Below are positions 36,157-48,052 of a stretch of 64,000 bases of DNA, in pieces. Source of the DNA: Chiloscyllium plagiosum (taxonomy: Eukaryota); the NCBI RefSeq assembly GCF_004010195.1, contig NC_057719.1:78666666-78730665 (forward strand), in the 5' to 3' direction. The translations under genes and the position numbers were made by a program. Position 1 is the stretch's first letter. Every line of letters starts with the position of its first letter. Below the pieces are notes generated by a model, which was given only the letters and a program-made list of their open reading frames with translations, had not been told where the DNA came from and made no database searches.

Positions 36157-37417
36157 AATATTCTGAACTATCTTCCTTCTGTTCAATGTAGATGGCCTCA
36201 CACTGCCCCACATGAAACTCAGTTTCCCATCCTAACTTAATCCATCCATGCTCCTTTGCAACTTGTTGCTCCCATTTACAAACTCAGCGTTAACAAACCT
36301 GGATGGACTGTTCTATATTCCTTTATCCTTATCATTTAGAAGTACAGAGAAAAGCTGAGGTCACCACTTGCCACATACAATCAGTTGGAGTCCACTGCTG
36401 TCATCCCTTGTCTTCACCTCCAACCTCGTAATCAATTCCTTGCCAAAAACAAGTCAGTTGTGTTCAACTCCGCATGCCCTTGTTCTTATTAACCCCGTGA
36501 GGGATTGAGCGGATAATGTTTTCACGAGGCCAGTGCAGACACAATGGGCCAACTGGTCTCATTCTGTGTTACAACATCCTATGATTCTAACTGTGACCCG
36601 TTCTCACCAGGACTATGGAATCTCATCCCAGCCGTCTTACAAGTGCCAGGCTAACTGAGCATACATCAGCAAGACAGATGGTCCTGATCTGTATTCTCTC
36701 CAACTCCTTATATACATTTATTGAACCATTCTAGCTGTTCCTGGAAAAGTAAAATGCAATTTGCAGTCAGAGGGTGATAAATCAAAACAGGGCCTACTGT
36801 TTCAGCACGCCGAGACTGTTCAGCTCACTGCTTACCTGTATGTTCGAAGCTTGTTGCAATTCTTCTGGACTCATTGACCAGGTGCACACTTTATTTCGAG
36901 AGTGTTCACTTCTATCAGAACAGATGAGGTTGCAATCTTGTAAGGAGGTAACGATGACATATAACTGTTGTGAAATATCGCTGTTGTGGCAAGGGACGCA
37001 TTTCAAATAGAACATAGAACAGCACAACACAGGAATGGGCCCTTCAGCCTATCATGTTGAGCCGAATGTGATACCAAATTAGATTAATCCCTTCTGCCTG
37101 CCCTTGGTCCATATCCGTCCATTCCATGCATATTCATTTGGTTATCTAAAAACCGCTTAAACACCCCTATCGTATCTACCTCCACCACCACTCCTTGCAG
37201 CATGTTCCAGACTCCTGCTACACTCTATGCAAAAAAAAGCTTGCCCCTCACATCTCCTTTGAACTTTCACCCACTCACCTTAAGTGCACGCCCCCTAGTA
37301 TTAGACATTTCAACTCTGGGGAAAACTATCTTGACCATCAACCCTATCTATGCATCTCATAATTTTATTGACTTCAATCAAGTCTCCCCTCAGCCTCTGC
37401 CACTCCGGAGTTTTTCT

Positions 37418-37634
37418 AAGTTAAAAATCACACAACACCAGGTTATAGTCCAACAGGTTTAATTGGAAGCACACTAGCTTTCGGAGCATCGCTCCTTCAT
37501 CAGGTGATCACCTGACGAAACAGCGGTGCTCCAAAAGCTAGTGTGCTTCCAATTAAACCTGTTGGACTATAACCTGGTGTTGTGTGATTTTTAACTTTGT
37601 ACACCCCAGTCCAACACCGGCATCTCCAAATCAT
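37418..37634. mobile_element. Near-perfect 180-bp palindrome (family A) with back-to-back HHR motifs
   Basis: Arms 37418-37507 and 37508-37597 centred on caggtga|tcacctg, plus an unpaired terminus 37598-37634. Confidence 0.85.
37472..37506 (-). ncRNA. Minimal type I hammerhead ribozyme motif
   Basis: Minus strand CAC-CTGATGA-A-GGAGC-GAT-GCTCC-GAAA-GC-TA-GTG: core intact, 5-bp helix II, helix I CAC/GTG. Confidence 0.72.
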
Positions 37635-37645
37635 GGGTTTTTAGT

Positions 37646-38558
37646 GTCATAGAGTCATGGAGATGTACAGCATGGAAACAGACCCTTCGGTCCAATCCGT
37701 CCATGCCGACCAGACATCCCAACCCAATCTAGTCCCACTGCCAGTACCCGGCCCATATCCCTCCAAACCCTTCCTATTCATATACCCATCCAAATGTTGC
37801 AATTGTACCAGCCTCCACCACATCTTCTGGCAGCTCATTCTATACATGTACCACATGAAAAATTGCCCCTTAGGTCTCTTTTATATCTTTCCCCTCTCAC
37901 CCTAAACCAATGCCCTCTAGTTCTGGACTCCCCAAACCCAGGGAAAAGACTTTGTTTAGTTATCCTATCTATGCCCCTCATAATTTTGTAAACTTCTATA
38001 AGGTCACCCCTCAGCCTCCTACGCTCCAGGGAAAACAGCCCCAGCCTGTTCAGCCTCTCCTTGTAGCTCAAATCCTCCAGCCCTGGCAACATCCTTGTAA
38101 ATCTTTTCTGAACCCTTTCAAGTTTCACAACATCTTTCCGATAGGAAGGAGACCAGAATTGCACGCAATATTCCAACAGTGGCCTAACCAATGTCCTGTA
38201 CAGCCGCAACATGACCTCCCAACTCCTGTACTCAATACTCTGACCAATAAAGGAAAGCATACCAAACACCTTCTTCACTATCCTATCTATCTGTGACTCC
38301 ACTTTCAAGGAGCTATGAACCTGCATTCCAAGGTCTCTTTGTTCAGCAACTCTCCCTAGGACCTTACCATTAAGTGTGTATGTCCTGCTAAGATTTGCTT
38401 TCCCAAAATGCAGCCCCTCGCATTTATCTGAATCAAACTCCATCTGCCACTTCTCAGCCCATTGGCCCATCTGGTCCAGATCCTGTTGTACTCTGAGGTA
38501 ACCCTCTTCGCTGTCCACTACACCTCCAATTTTGGTGTCATCTGCAAACTTACTAACT
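37646..38558 (-). mobile_element. Young CR1 LINE 3' fragment (RT C-terminus)
   Basis: ORF 37835..38518 (227 aa) WAEKWQMEF..KC..LHFG..LVRPLLEYCVQFWSP..LERVQKRFTRM..RRLRGDLIEVYKI, preceded by KFADDTK. Confidence 0.95.
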
Positions 38559-38939
38559 CTCTAGGCTCTCTTTATAGTTGACACCCTCTAATCCAGGCAT
38601 TATCCTGGTAAACCTCTTCTGCACCCTCTCCAAAGCCTCCTCATCTTTCCTGTAATGTGGCAACCAGAATTAAATGCAATACTCCAAATGTGGTCCAACC
38701 AGACTCTTATAAAATGGCAATGTGACATCTTGACCCTTGTGGTCAATGTCGAAAAGCGTGGCACTGGAAACGTAAAGCAGGTCAGACAGCACCCGAGGAG
38801 CAGAAAAATCCCTGACCTATAAAGGCAAGCATGCCATACACCTCCTTGTCAAATAAAATGATTGCCTGAGCCATTATAAGTTTTTTTTACTAAATACGCC
38901 CACCATTTTGGCTGCCTTGAAGAAGCTGGTCTGTTTTTT

Positions 38940-39137
38940 AGATACCCTACAGTGTGGAAACAGGCCAATCAGCCCAACAAGTCCACACCAACCCTTCGAA
39001 GAGTAACCCACCCAGACCCATTTCTCTCTGACTAATGCACCTAACACTATGGACAATTTAGCATAGCCAATGAACCTAACCTGCACATCTTTGGATTGTG
39101 GGAGGAAGCCAGAGCACTGAGACGAGTCCCACACAGA
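38940..39137 (-). mobile_element. HE1/V-SINE-type SINE, 3' part
   Basis: ccctacagtgtggaaacaggcc...ctaacctgcacatctttgg. Confidence 0.8.
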
Positions 39138-39671
39138 CACAAGTTGGACTGCAAGTAAAGTCACCATAAGCTGCTCTGTCATTTGAGAAAGATGACTGGT
39201 GGTGGTTTAAACTGAGATAAGAGAAGAGAGTGAGAAGGAGAGACCTTCATGGTAAGCTCAGCTGGTGTGGGAATTTTGCCCACACTGTTGGCATCACTCT
39301 GCATCCCAAACCAGCTGTGTGACCAACCAAACTACCTGACCTCCAATGCACCTCATACAACATTGCACTCAGAGAGGTTTCCTGTTAAAGTTGGCAGCGC
39401 ACCACGCCCGTTCGTATTAAGCTAAACCCAGAAAGTTCACAGAATCAAATTTATAGAGCCCACCTTGTGAACTTTAAGTGGATATACTGCCAAACAGGAC
39501 CATCTCAGCAAAACCTGAAAGAACTGTGAATGTTATAAATTGGAAGCATATACAGGAGTTGCTGAAAAAGCTCAGTAGGTCTGGCAATGTCAGTAATGAG
39601 AAATCAGAGTTAACATTTTGGGTTGACTGACTGCACCTCAGAAAATCTCAGTTTATGGTAGTTATCCATAA

Positions 39672-40001
39672 AATCCCTACAGTGTGGGAACAGGGCATTT
39701 GGTCCAATAAATTTACACCAACTGTCTGAAAAGTATTCCAACCAGACTCACCTCATTCCTGCAACCCCATGGCTAATCCACGTAACCTATACATCCCTGA
39801 ACACTATGGACAAATTAGCATGGCCAATCCACCTCAGCTGCAGATCTTTGGACTGTGGGAGGGAGCCAGAGCACCCAGAGAAAACCCACGCAGATATGGG
39901 GAGAATGTGCAGAATCCACACAGACAGTCGCCCGAGGATGGAATTGAATCCAAGTTCCAAGCACTGTGAGGCAGCAGTGCTAACCACTGAGCCACCATGC
40001 C
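39672..40001 (-). mobile_element. HE1/V-SINE-type SINE
   Basis: Reverse-complement tail, core and head. Confidence 0.85.
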
Positions 40002-40424
40002 ACTCCTTGATAATTACTTGATAAATTTCTGTAAATGACCTTATAACTTTGACCTGGGCTATGAACTGAAATTCCGCGCTGATATGTTCAACATGTCTGA
40101 GATAGGGGCCAAATGTGGCTGGTAGTTGGGATCTGAGTCTGATGGAGTCATACTACAACAGTTGAAGATTAAGACGTTGCAGAAGGTTCACTTAAAGAAC
40201 TAGCAGTGAGAGTAAGAGGACATCTGATTTTAAAACTCTAGAGTTGTTCGACAAGCAAGCACCGAGAGATACCTGTGCTATCACTGAAATGTAGTTGATA
40301 ATCCTCCATGGTTGTGACTCATAAGCTGTAAGCATCCAATTAAATTAAAGATTGCAAGTTATACAATGTGTAATGTGCATTCTCGTTAATTACCTGAATC
40401 TTTTCGAGGGGCTACAACACATGA

Positions 40425-40662
40425 CATGCCCGAAACCTTGATTCTCCTGCTCCTCGGATGCTGCCTGGCCTGCTGTGCTTTTCCAGCAACACACTCTCCA
40501 CTCTGATCTCCAGCATCTGCAGTCCTCACTTTCCCCGGTTAGATGCATTAGTCAAGGGTAAATGTAGGGTAGGGAAATGGGTCTCTGTGTATTACTCTTT
40601 GGAGGGTCGGTGAGGTCTTGTTGGGCCAAATGGCCTGTTTTCACACTGTAGGGAATCTAATC
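40425..40662 (+). mobile_element. Family B terminal-repeat fragment followed by an HE1 3' fragment
   Basis: catgcccgaaacc.tgattctcctgctcc...gcagtcctcacttt (40425-40535), then SINE tail to 40662. Confidence 0.7.
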
Positions 40663-41292
40663 TTAAAAAAAAGATAAGTGCATGTGGAACATGGAGACAA
40701 AAGGCAACATTCAGAAGAAGATACCTAAGGATGATTGCAGTCAATACTGTTCTCTCAGGGGAGAGCTGATGTATGGATTGAACTGCCACTATTTAGATTG
40801 GATTTATTTTTACAGGAGGAAGCTGCCGGTATACACAAGCAGTGAACACAAACAAATTTGTCATGTTTTTGATTGCAATGTGATTCTGCCAGCAATCCAT
40901 CAGGCCGAATGAACTATGGGGCAAAGGGTTGTCTGGTTTGCGGACTGACTGTTTCTATCGGCTGTATGAATTATGATACCCTTGGGGAAGATTGCAGCCA
41001 ACGTAGACAGCATTATGTAAAAAACAGTCATACCTTCTCACATCTCCGAGACAGGTTTCAAAAAGTTTCACATACAGTGGTGTATTGTCAAATACAGCAG
41101 CTCTTTCTACACAGGAGATGTGATGTCCCAGTCGGCTACAGCAAGATCCCACAGACACAGATGAATGATGGGATAATCTATTTCTGCCAGTGCTTGAGTT
41201 GGAGAGCATTGTCAGCGAGGATATGGCCCAAGCTCAGAGCTTACTTAATGAATTAGATATTCAAAATTGTAATCTTCACCACAATATTAGTC

Positions 41293-41730
41293 CCTGTGGC
41301 TTAGTTGGGAGCATTGATACCTCCAAGTCAGAAGGATTTGAGTTCAAATCTCACCGCAGAAACCTCAGCGCCAACATGCAACACTCCAGTAAACAACTGA
41401 GGGAGTGAAGCACTCTTGGAGTGGCTTCCCTTTTGGGTGAGACGTTGAAACCAATGTCCTGTGTTCTCTGTCAGGTGGACGTGAAAGATCACGAGATATT
41501 GCTTTAAGGAAAAGCAGGCGAGTTAGCTTGGTGTCCTGGCCAATATTTGCCCATCATGCAACACTGCAGAAGCCAATGACCTGGTCAGTGCCATTTGTGA
41601 GAGTTTGCTGAGTGTAAATTAGTTGCCGCTGCCCTGAATGTTGACAATAAGCAATCTTCTGCAGTATGATGCTTTCGAGGGTCCTGATTTTCTAAAACAC
41701 TATAGATAAATGCAGTAGCTTCTTCTTACT
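41293..41730 (+). mobile_element. Deu-domain SINE (SacSINE1/AmnSINE-like)
   Basis: tRNA-like head, then gagacgtt.aaacc...tcaggtggacgtgaaagatc...gtgtcctggccaatattt and tail tatagataaatgcag. Confidence 0.7.
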
Positions 41731-42464
41731 TTAGCCGTTGAGACCACAGGCAGTGTGGAACAGGCTGCAGAAATGCTACTACAAAGAGTCCAAGCAAGAA
41801 CTGCTGCACTCTGATCTAGTGTTGGTCACAACAATAAAATAATGACACACATTCAAATACAGGGGCCTTTTGTCTTCCAGTAATTAACGAAACTGAGTTG
41901 ATAATCAAGAGTAGGAACTCTAACAAAGAGTCAGAGTCATCTAGACTCGAAAGATGAGCTTGCTTTCTTTACATGGATGCTGCCTGACCTGTTGTGATCT
42001 CCCGCATGTTTTGTTTTCAGATAATTAAGAGTACAATGTGTTTGGAATTATATCCAGGTATCAAGACCACCTTGCCTGAGACATGTGTCATAATAACCCT
42101 GAACAGGTTGATTTAAAAATATCTAGCTCAAACACTGGACAAATTGGACCTGTACATTCTGCCCTTTCAGAAGATTGCACTGAATACTGAGGCAATATCT
42201 CATTCAAAGCTTTGGCATAAACAAAGAACCCTGGGCGGCCCTAAAAAGCCCAAGTCATCGAAATGTGGATAAATTACTCTTCTCCACTTTTGTTAGAAAG
42301 CATAATGACGATGGTTTGATGGTAACAGTTACAAAAACGCAAATGTTATAATGTAGAAGAAAAGCAGTGAAGGGGAGAATCGAATCAAATATTGTAAGTA
42401 AGTAAAAGTCTAAGGTATAGTGCACTGAAAGTCTGGAAGTTAGGTCAGACTCATGGCCTATCAG

Positions 42465-42562
42465 TTTCCTGATGAAGGGCTTTTGGCCGAAACGTCGATT
42501 TTCCTGCTCCTCGAATGCTGCCTGACCTGCTGTGCTTTTCCAGCACCACTCTAATCTTGAGA
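42465..42562 (+). mobile_element. Solo family B terminal repeat starting with an HHR motif
   Basis: CTGATGA-A-GGGC-TTTT-GGCC-GAAA-CG-TC at 42469-42496 followed by the family B body. Confidence 0.75.
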
Positions 42563-43044
42563 CCAATGACAGTTAAAAGGATAAAGTTGACATACACCTG
42601 GTTTTGACATGATTATTGCACCAATGTATTTGCCATTTGAATTCCTACCGGATGCTACAGAGTGAGTTAGGATAGTACAGGATTCTGCTACATTGGGCTA
42701 AATGGCCTTTTCTCAACCCTGGCTGCTCTGATCTTACAACAGAGAAGAGTTTTGCCAAGCAGAGATGACTGCCTAGTTACAGACAGCAAACTTTTAATGT
42801 TATGAGCTAGTTAGACATCATTGAATGATATAAATGTTCAATTTCTGGTATTGATAAATATAGGTATACAGTGTAAACGGAATGATGAGTGGTGTAGGGA
42901 AACTGGCAATGTACATTTTGGAACATTGTTCTGCAAACATGGCTAACTGTTGCCACAAGAACACATTAACCATAAAGCCTATTTAGCATTTATCTCATTA
43001 GTGAGAATACAAATATCTTCCAGCTATGAACTGGCTGACCCGCT

Positions 43045-44340
43045 GGATGCCAGTATGTGAAATAAAAACAGAAAGTACTGGAAATACTCACCAAGATTAG
43101 CAGCGTCTGTGGAGAGACAAATGGGGTCGGGGTCTCGAGCTCAGACTTTTCTCGCTGGAGAGAAGGAGAAAGAGAGGTGACCTGATCGAGATATACAAGG
43201 TAATGAGAGGCATGGATAGAGTCAATAGATTAGATTAGATTCCCTACAATGTGGAAACAGGCCCTTCGGCGCAACCAGTCCACACCGACCCTCCGAAGAG
43301 CAACCCACCCAGACCCATTTCCCTCTGGCTAATGCACCTATCACTATGGGCAATTTAGTATGGCCAATTTAGCTAACCTGCACATCTTTGGTCTATGGGA
43401 GGAAACCCACGCAGACACGGGGAGAATGTGCAAACTCCATACAGACAGTCGCCCAAAGCTGGAATCGAACCTGGGACCCTGGTGCTGTGAGGCTGCAGTG
43501 CTAACCACCGAGCCACCTTGCCGCCCTAAGCCAGAGACTTTTCCCTAGGGCAGGATTGACGGGCACGAGGGGTCATAGTTTTAAGATATTAGGAGGAAGA
43601 TATAGAGGAGACGTCAAAGGTAGGTTCTTTACACAGAGAGTTGTGAATGCATGGAATGCATTGCCAGCAGTGGTGTTGGAAGCAGAGTCATTCGGGACAT
43701 TTAAGCAACTGCTGGACATGCACATGGACAGCAGTGAGTTGTGGGGTGCATAGGTTAGGTTATTTTATTTTAGATTAGGAATAATCCGCAGCATAACATC
43801 GTGGGCCGCAATGTCTGCTCTGTGCTGTACTTTTCTATGTTCTATGTTCTATGACTCCTCTTCAGAACTGAAGTAGGGTTGAAATATAATGGTTTACATG
43901 CTGGGGAAGCAGGTGGAAAAATAAATTGGTCTGGGGAGGTTAAAGGGCAGGAGAAATAAAGCGAACATTCACAAGTCATTGCAGCAAACAGCAAAGGGAG
44001 TGCCAGTGTTTATAACAGAGAAGCATAGATGTCCAGACTGGAGGCAGAATAGTGAGAAGCTCTGTCCGAAAGCAAAAACATGAATGAGAAGCTTCGAGCT
44101 CACGGAAAAGTAAGTATAATCAAAAGATGGTCCAAATCAATGTGATGGAATTGTTGAACTCCACATTCATTGTAAAGTGCGTAATTCGAAGATGACGTGC
44201 TCGTTATCCAACTTGTGTTGAGCTCCACTCAAACTGCAGCAGGCTGGGGACAGAAGTGTGACCATGTGAGTAAGATTGTCAATTAAAATGGCAAGTGAGT
44301 GGAAGCCCTGGGTCATGCTTGCTGACTGAACAGATCTGTC
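43045..44340 (-). mobile_element. Old Penelope-like element interrupted by CR1 and SINE
   Basis: Minus strand of 44150-44335 gives SVSKHDPGLPLTCHFN and MNVEFNN (GIY-YIG end); an HHR half CTGAAGAGGAGTCATAG at ~43850-43866 is cut by the CR1; terminus continues at 43045-43145. Confidence 0.55.
43150..43852 (+). mobile_element. CR1 3' fragment containing a nested HE1 SINE (43228-43526, -)
   Basis: RGDLIE.YK.MRG.DRV then TRGHSFKI..RFFTQRVVNAWNALP; (ttctatg)n tail. Confidence 0.88.
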
Positions 44341-44374
44341 CTACAGTGGGTTTGTTAACCCTATTCTGATCTCG

Positions 44375-44830
44375 GTTACAAAATCAGAAATAGCTAGAGA
44401 AACTCATTGGGTCCGGCAGCATCTATGGAAAGGAAGCACGGTTCACATTTCGAGTCCGGTGACCCTTCCTCAGAACTGATTGCAGCTGGAAAATGTTAGT
44501 ATATGCCAGAGAAGTGATGGGAAGTGGGAGAAAGAGTAAGCGGTAGGTGGAGAGGGAGAAAGAGAAAAACATTTGGGCAGACAAATGAATGGTAAAGGTC
44601 AGCCTGGGAGTTGCTAATGGAGACCGTTAGTGGCTGGCAATAGGCTGTTCGTGGTAGCAACCCATGTGATGACAAGGCCTGGTATGTGGGGGTTCGGGTA
44701 AAGACATGGGAGAAGGTGCATTGTCCCGAAAGTTATTGAACTTGATGCTAAGTCCGAAAGGCTGTGGGGTCCCCGAGTGAAATACAAAGGTGTTGTTCTT
44801 CCAGCTCGCACTGAGCTTCACTGGAGCCTT
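44375..44830 (-). mobile_element. Penelope-like 3' fragment (family C): GIY-YIG end plus HHR-like motif
   Basis: ORF 44627..44821(-) contains FHSGTPQPFGLSIKFNNFR; downstream GTT-CTGAGGA-A-GGGTC-ACCG-GACTC-GAAA-TGTG-AAC at 44441-44476 with a mutated cleavage triplet. Confidence 0.7.
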
Positions 44831-45067
44831 TTGGTTTGCTGTTGCAGTTGTATCATCAAGAAGTAAAGCAGGAATGACTTTTCTCTTAATAAAGCAATGA
44901 CTGGCCCCGCTGGATCAGAAAGTTGTGCGAGTGTGTGGTAGTTACAATTATGCCAAGCACACTCCAGAGCAGCATAAGTACATGCCACATTCTTAGATGT
45001 GTCACCTGCACTGAAACGTTTGAGGCATTCTGTCAGTGTTCTGGTTATTATTCCTTGCTCAAAATCA

Positions 45068-45403
45068 TGGTTGCAGCTCAGTGGTTAGTACTGCTACCTG
45101 ACAGCGTCAGGGACTGGATTCCATTCCAGCCTCGAGCAACTGCCTGGGTGGAGTTTGCACATTCTCCCCATGTTGGTGTGGGTTTCCTCCAGGTCTCCGG
45201 TTTCCTCTCACAGTCCAAAAAATGCTCAAGCTAGGTCGAGTGGCCAAGGGAAATTGCCCCATCGTGTCCAGGGAAATGCAAGCAGGTGGAATAGCCATGG
45301 TAAAAATGGGGGCAGGGGTTGGATCTGGGTGAGATGCTCTTCAGAGGGTCAGTGCAGATTCAATGGGCTGAATAGCCTGCTCCCACACTGTAGGGATTCT
45401 ATG
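45068..45403 (+). mobile_element. Diverged HE1/V-SINE-type SINE
   Basis: Head, core and tail cacactgtagggattctatga. Confidence 0.8.
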
Positions 45404-45499
45404 ATATTAAAAGATAATCTCAGTGCTGTTTTGTGCATGGCTGTGTCAGTTAACAGCTGCTTAATTCTAGACAGTGTTAATTATTTGAACATGTTTTAA

Positions 45500-46060
45500 C
45501 GTGGTAAAGTGCAAAAGATATCCAAGAATTAATGCTGCAGCTGTACAAAACTCTGGTGCAGCCACATTTGGAGTATTGCGTACAGTCTGGTCACTGCATT
45601 ATAGGAACGATGTGGAAGCTTTGTAAAGGGTTCAGAGGAGATTATCTAGGATGTTGCCTGGTATGAGGGAGGGTCCTACAAAGGAAAGGCTGAGGGACTT
45701 GAGGCTGTTTTTGTTAGAGAGAAGGTTGGGAGGTGACTTAATTGAGACATATAAGGTTAGATAGGGTGGATAGTGAGTGCCTTTTCCCTTGGATGTTGAT
45801 GGCTAGCACAAGGGGAGCATACCTTTAAATTGAGGGGTGATTGATATAGGACAGATGTCAGAGGTAGTTTCTTTACTCAGAGAGTGCAAAAGTAGTAAAC
45901 TTGGCAACTTTAAGGGCATTTCAATGGTCATTGGATAGACATATGGATGAAAATGGAATAGTGTCGGATAGACGGGCTTTAGATTGATTCCACAGATCGG
46001 TGTAACATCGAGGGCCGAAGGGCCTGTACTGCACTGTAATGTTCCATGTTCTGTGTTCTA
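45500..46060 (+). mobile_element. CR1 3' fragment
   Basis: LQLYKTLV.PHLEYCVQ and GDLIETYK motifs; (atgttc)n tail. Confidence 0.85.
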
Positions 46061-46499
46061 TTAATCGGTGGCGTATGTGCTGAAACTGTGCCCTTTGGGA
46101 AAGCTGTTGCAGCTTTCTCCAGAGTAGCACTGATCATGGTGTGCAACAAGTCACTTGGTTATACTCTTGAGCACAGTACACCATGGGAGGAGGGGTTAAA
46201 CTATAAAGGGCAAAGAAAACACAAAATGGGTGGATTCTTATCGGGACCAGAATGACGTGCAGGAAATGTGGCAAAATTAAATAATGTCTATTTCAGCATC
46301 AGGAGCAACTTGCTGCATTTTTTAGCTAAGTTCCAGGCGCGAAGGTGAGATTTTCATTATGTGGCAGCAATTTGCCTGTTAAGGGGAATATTTTCTCATT
46401 AATGATCGTATTAATTGTATCTCGCACCTCAATATGCAGCTTTCTGTCTTGCCATCAGCTGGAGCAAAATTAATGCCAAGAGTTCTAGTCATGGAAGAC

Positions 46500-47270
46500 A
46501 GAGGAGGTACCTGGTGGCTTCAGTTCACTGTTAGCTGCAAAAAAACCTCCGTGTTGGTCACCACATAACAGTATCCCGGGCATGCTCCATGGCTACTGGC
46601 CATGTGTACCCAAGTTAGAGAAAGCCTTCATGGCATATCTCTGATCCACGTATTGCAGATTTCTGCACTTCAGGTTGCCGTCATTGTAATGTCGCGGCAA
46701 GGACATTGTGCACTCAGGGTCACAGCCCATGGACTGGACCAGGCTGTGTCTCCGCTCTATTTGCTGGCTCTACTGTATATGTGTTGCATAGATAGAGTGA
46801 GGTATTGCAGATAAGATGGTAGCACCTATGCTGGCAGAGTGGAGAAGGGTATTGAGCTTCTGCCTACAGTGCTGGGCATTCCTCAGGCCAGCTGAGACTG
46901 CTTTAACCTAGCTGGTAATCTCAGAGCAGGCGGGCTTGGTCTGGTGTCATGGCCCCGTCTGCTGGTGGTGCAGGAAGAGGACATCCCTCTTCTGAACCTC
47001 CTCCCCACCGTAGGAACCTCCGGATCCCTGCCCGCAAAAGAAGACGCCAATTTTCCCATCTTTGCCATTGTCTGGAGCAAATGTCAGGAATGGTGCACAG
47101 CTGCTGTGGACCAACCATGTTTATCCGGGTGCCATGAAAGGCTTCTAAAGGTGGCACAGGCACCAGCGCAAAGGGCTTCAGTCGGTTCTGGAATATTCGG
47201 AATATGCAAACCAGCTTGTTTTGGTTCCAGCAAGGGATAAGGTGGGTCTAGAATTAGGATGCAGTGAGCA
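46500..47270 (-). mobile_element. Possible PIF/Harbinger remnant (Myb/SANT-like ORF start)
   Basis: Minus strand across a frameshift: MAKMGKLASSFAGRDPEV..EEVQKRDVLF..HQTKPACSEITS*VKAVS, resembling the F..DLEVL..V..RRDVLF..AW.E.A..V.AVS pattern of Harbinger Myb proteins. Confidence 0.45.
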
Positions 47271-47456
47271 ATGGGGGTGGAGAGGAGGGTGAGAGGGGAG
47301 TTACGGAGGCAGAGCTTTGGTAAAGTGCAATAAGAGATTTCACTGATCCTCATGGTCAGAAGGCCTTCATTGAACTCAGCAATACTGACATTTGGTCAAA
47401 AACAAACTAAGATTGTGCCCACTAACTCAGGTAAATGAATAACAATAGAACAATCC

Positions 47457-47676
47457 CTGTGTCTGCGTGGGTTTCCTCCGGGTGCTCCGGTTTCCTCCCA
47501 CAGTCCAAAAATGTGCAGGTTAGGTAAATTGGCCATGCTAAATTGCCCGTAGTGTTAGGTGAAGGGGTAAATGTAGGGGAATGGGTCTGGTTGGGTTACT
47601 CTTCAGAGGGTCGGTGTGGACTTGTTGGGCCGAAGGGCCTGTTTCCATACTGTAAGTAATCTAAATCTAAATCTAA
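47457..47676 (+). mobile_element. 5'-truncated HE1/V-SINE-type SINE
   Basis: Core and tail nearly identical to 21830-22020. Confidence 0.9.
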
Positions 47677-48052
47677 GAAAAATCCAAGACAAGATGGGTC
47701 CAGTCTGTACATGTTGATCAATAAAATATCTTAATTTTTAAACATCACCATTTGATGTTTCCATGAATCAAGATTTCTAAAATGTTGATGTGACTGATTT
47801 GAGATTGATGGCTCAAATATGGTTTAGGCCCTTTGATACAGAGGCAGGAGTGACACGTTGATGATCAGTTTGTGGATATGGATGGTTTTGTTTGAAAAAG
47901 TAATTTTCATGTCATGTGTGCTTTTTTTAAATTCATTGATGGGATGTCGGCGTCACTATCTGGACCAGCATTTATTGCCCATCCCTAATTGCCTGGAGGG
48001 AAGTTTCTGAGTCAGCCACATTGCTGTGGGTCTGGAGTCACATGTAGGCCAG

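Larger units (their letters stand above)
37008..38850 (-). mobile_element. Older CR1 3' fragment (37008-37410 and 38560-38850) hosting younger insertions
   Basis: (atagaac)n tail at 37008; the reading cctcagcctc... resumes as ctctaatccaggc...aacctcttctgcaccctctccaaagc after 38560. Confidence 0.7.

Noticed and set aside
37835..38518. 227-aa ORF as a host gene
   Set aside because: It is a 5'-truncated CR1 ORF2 C-terminus repeated several times in the window.
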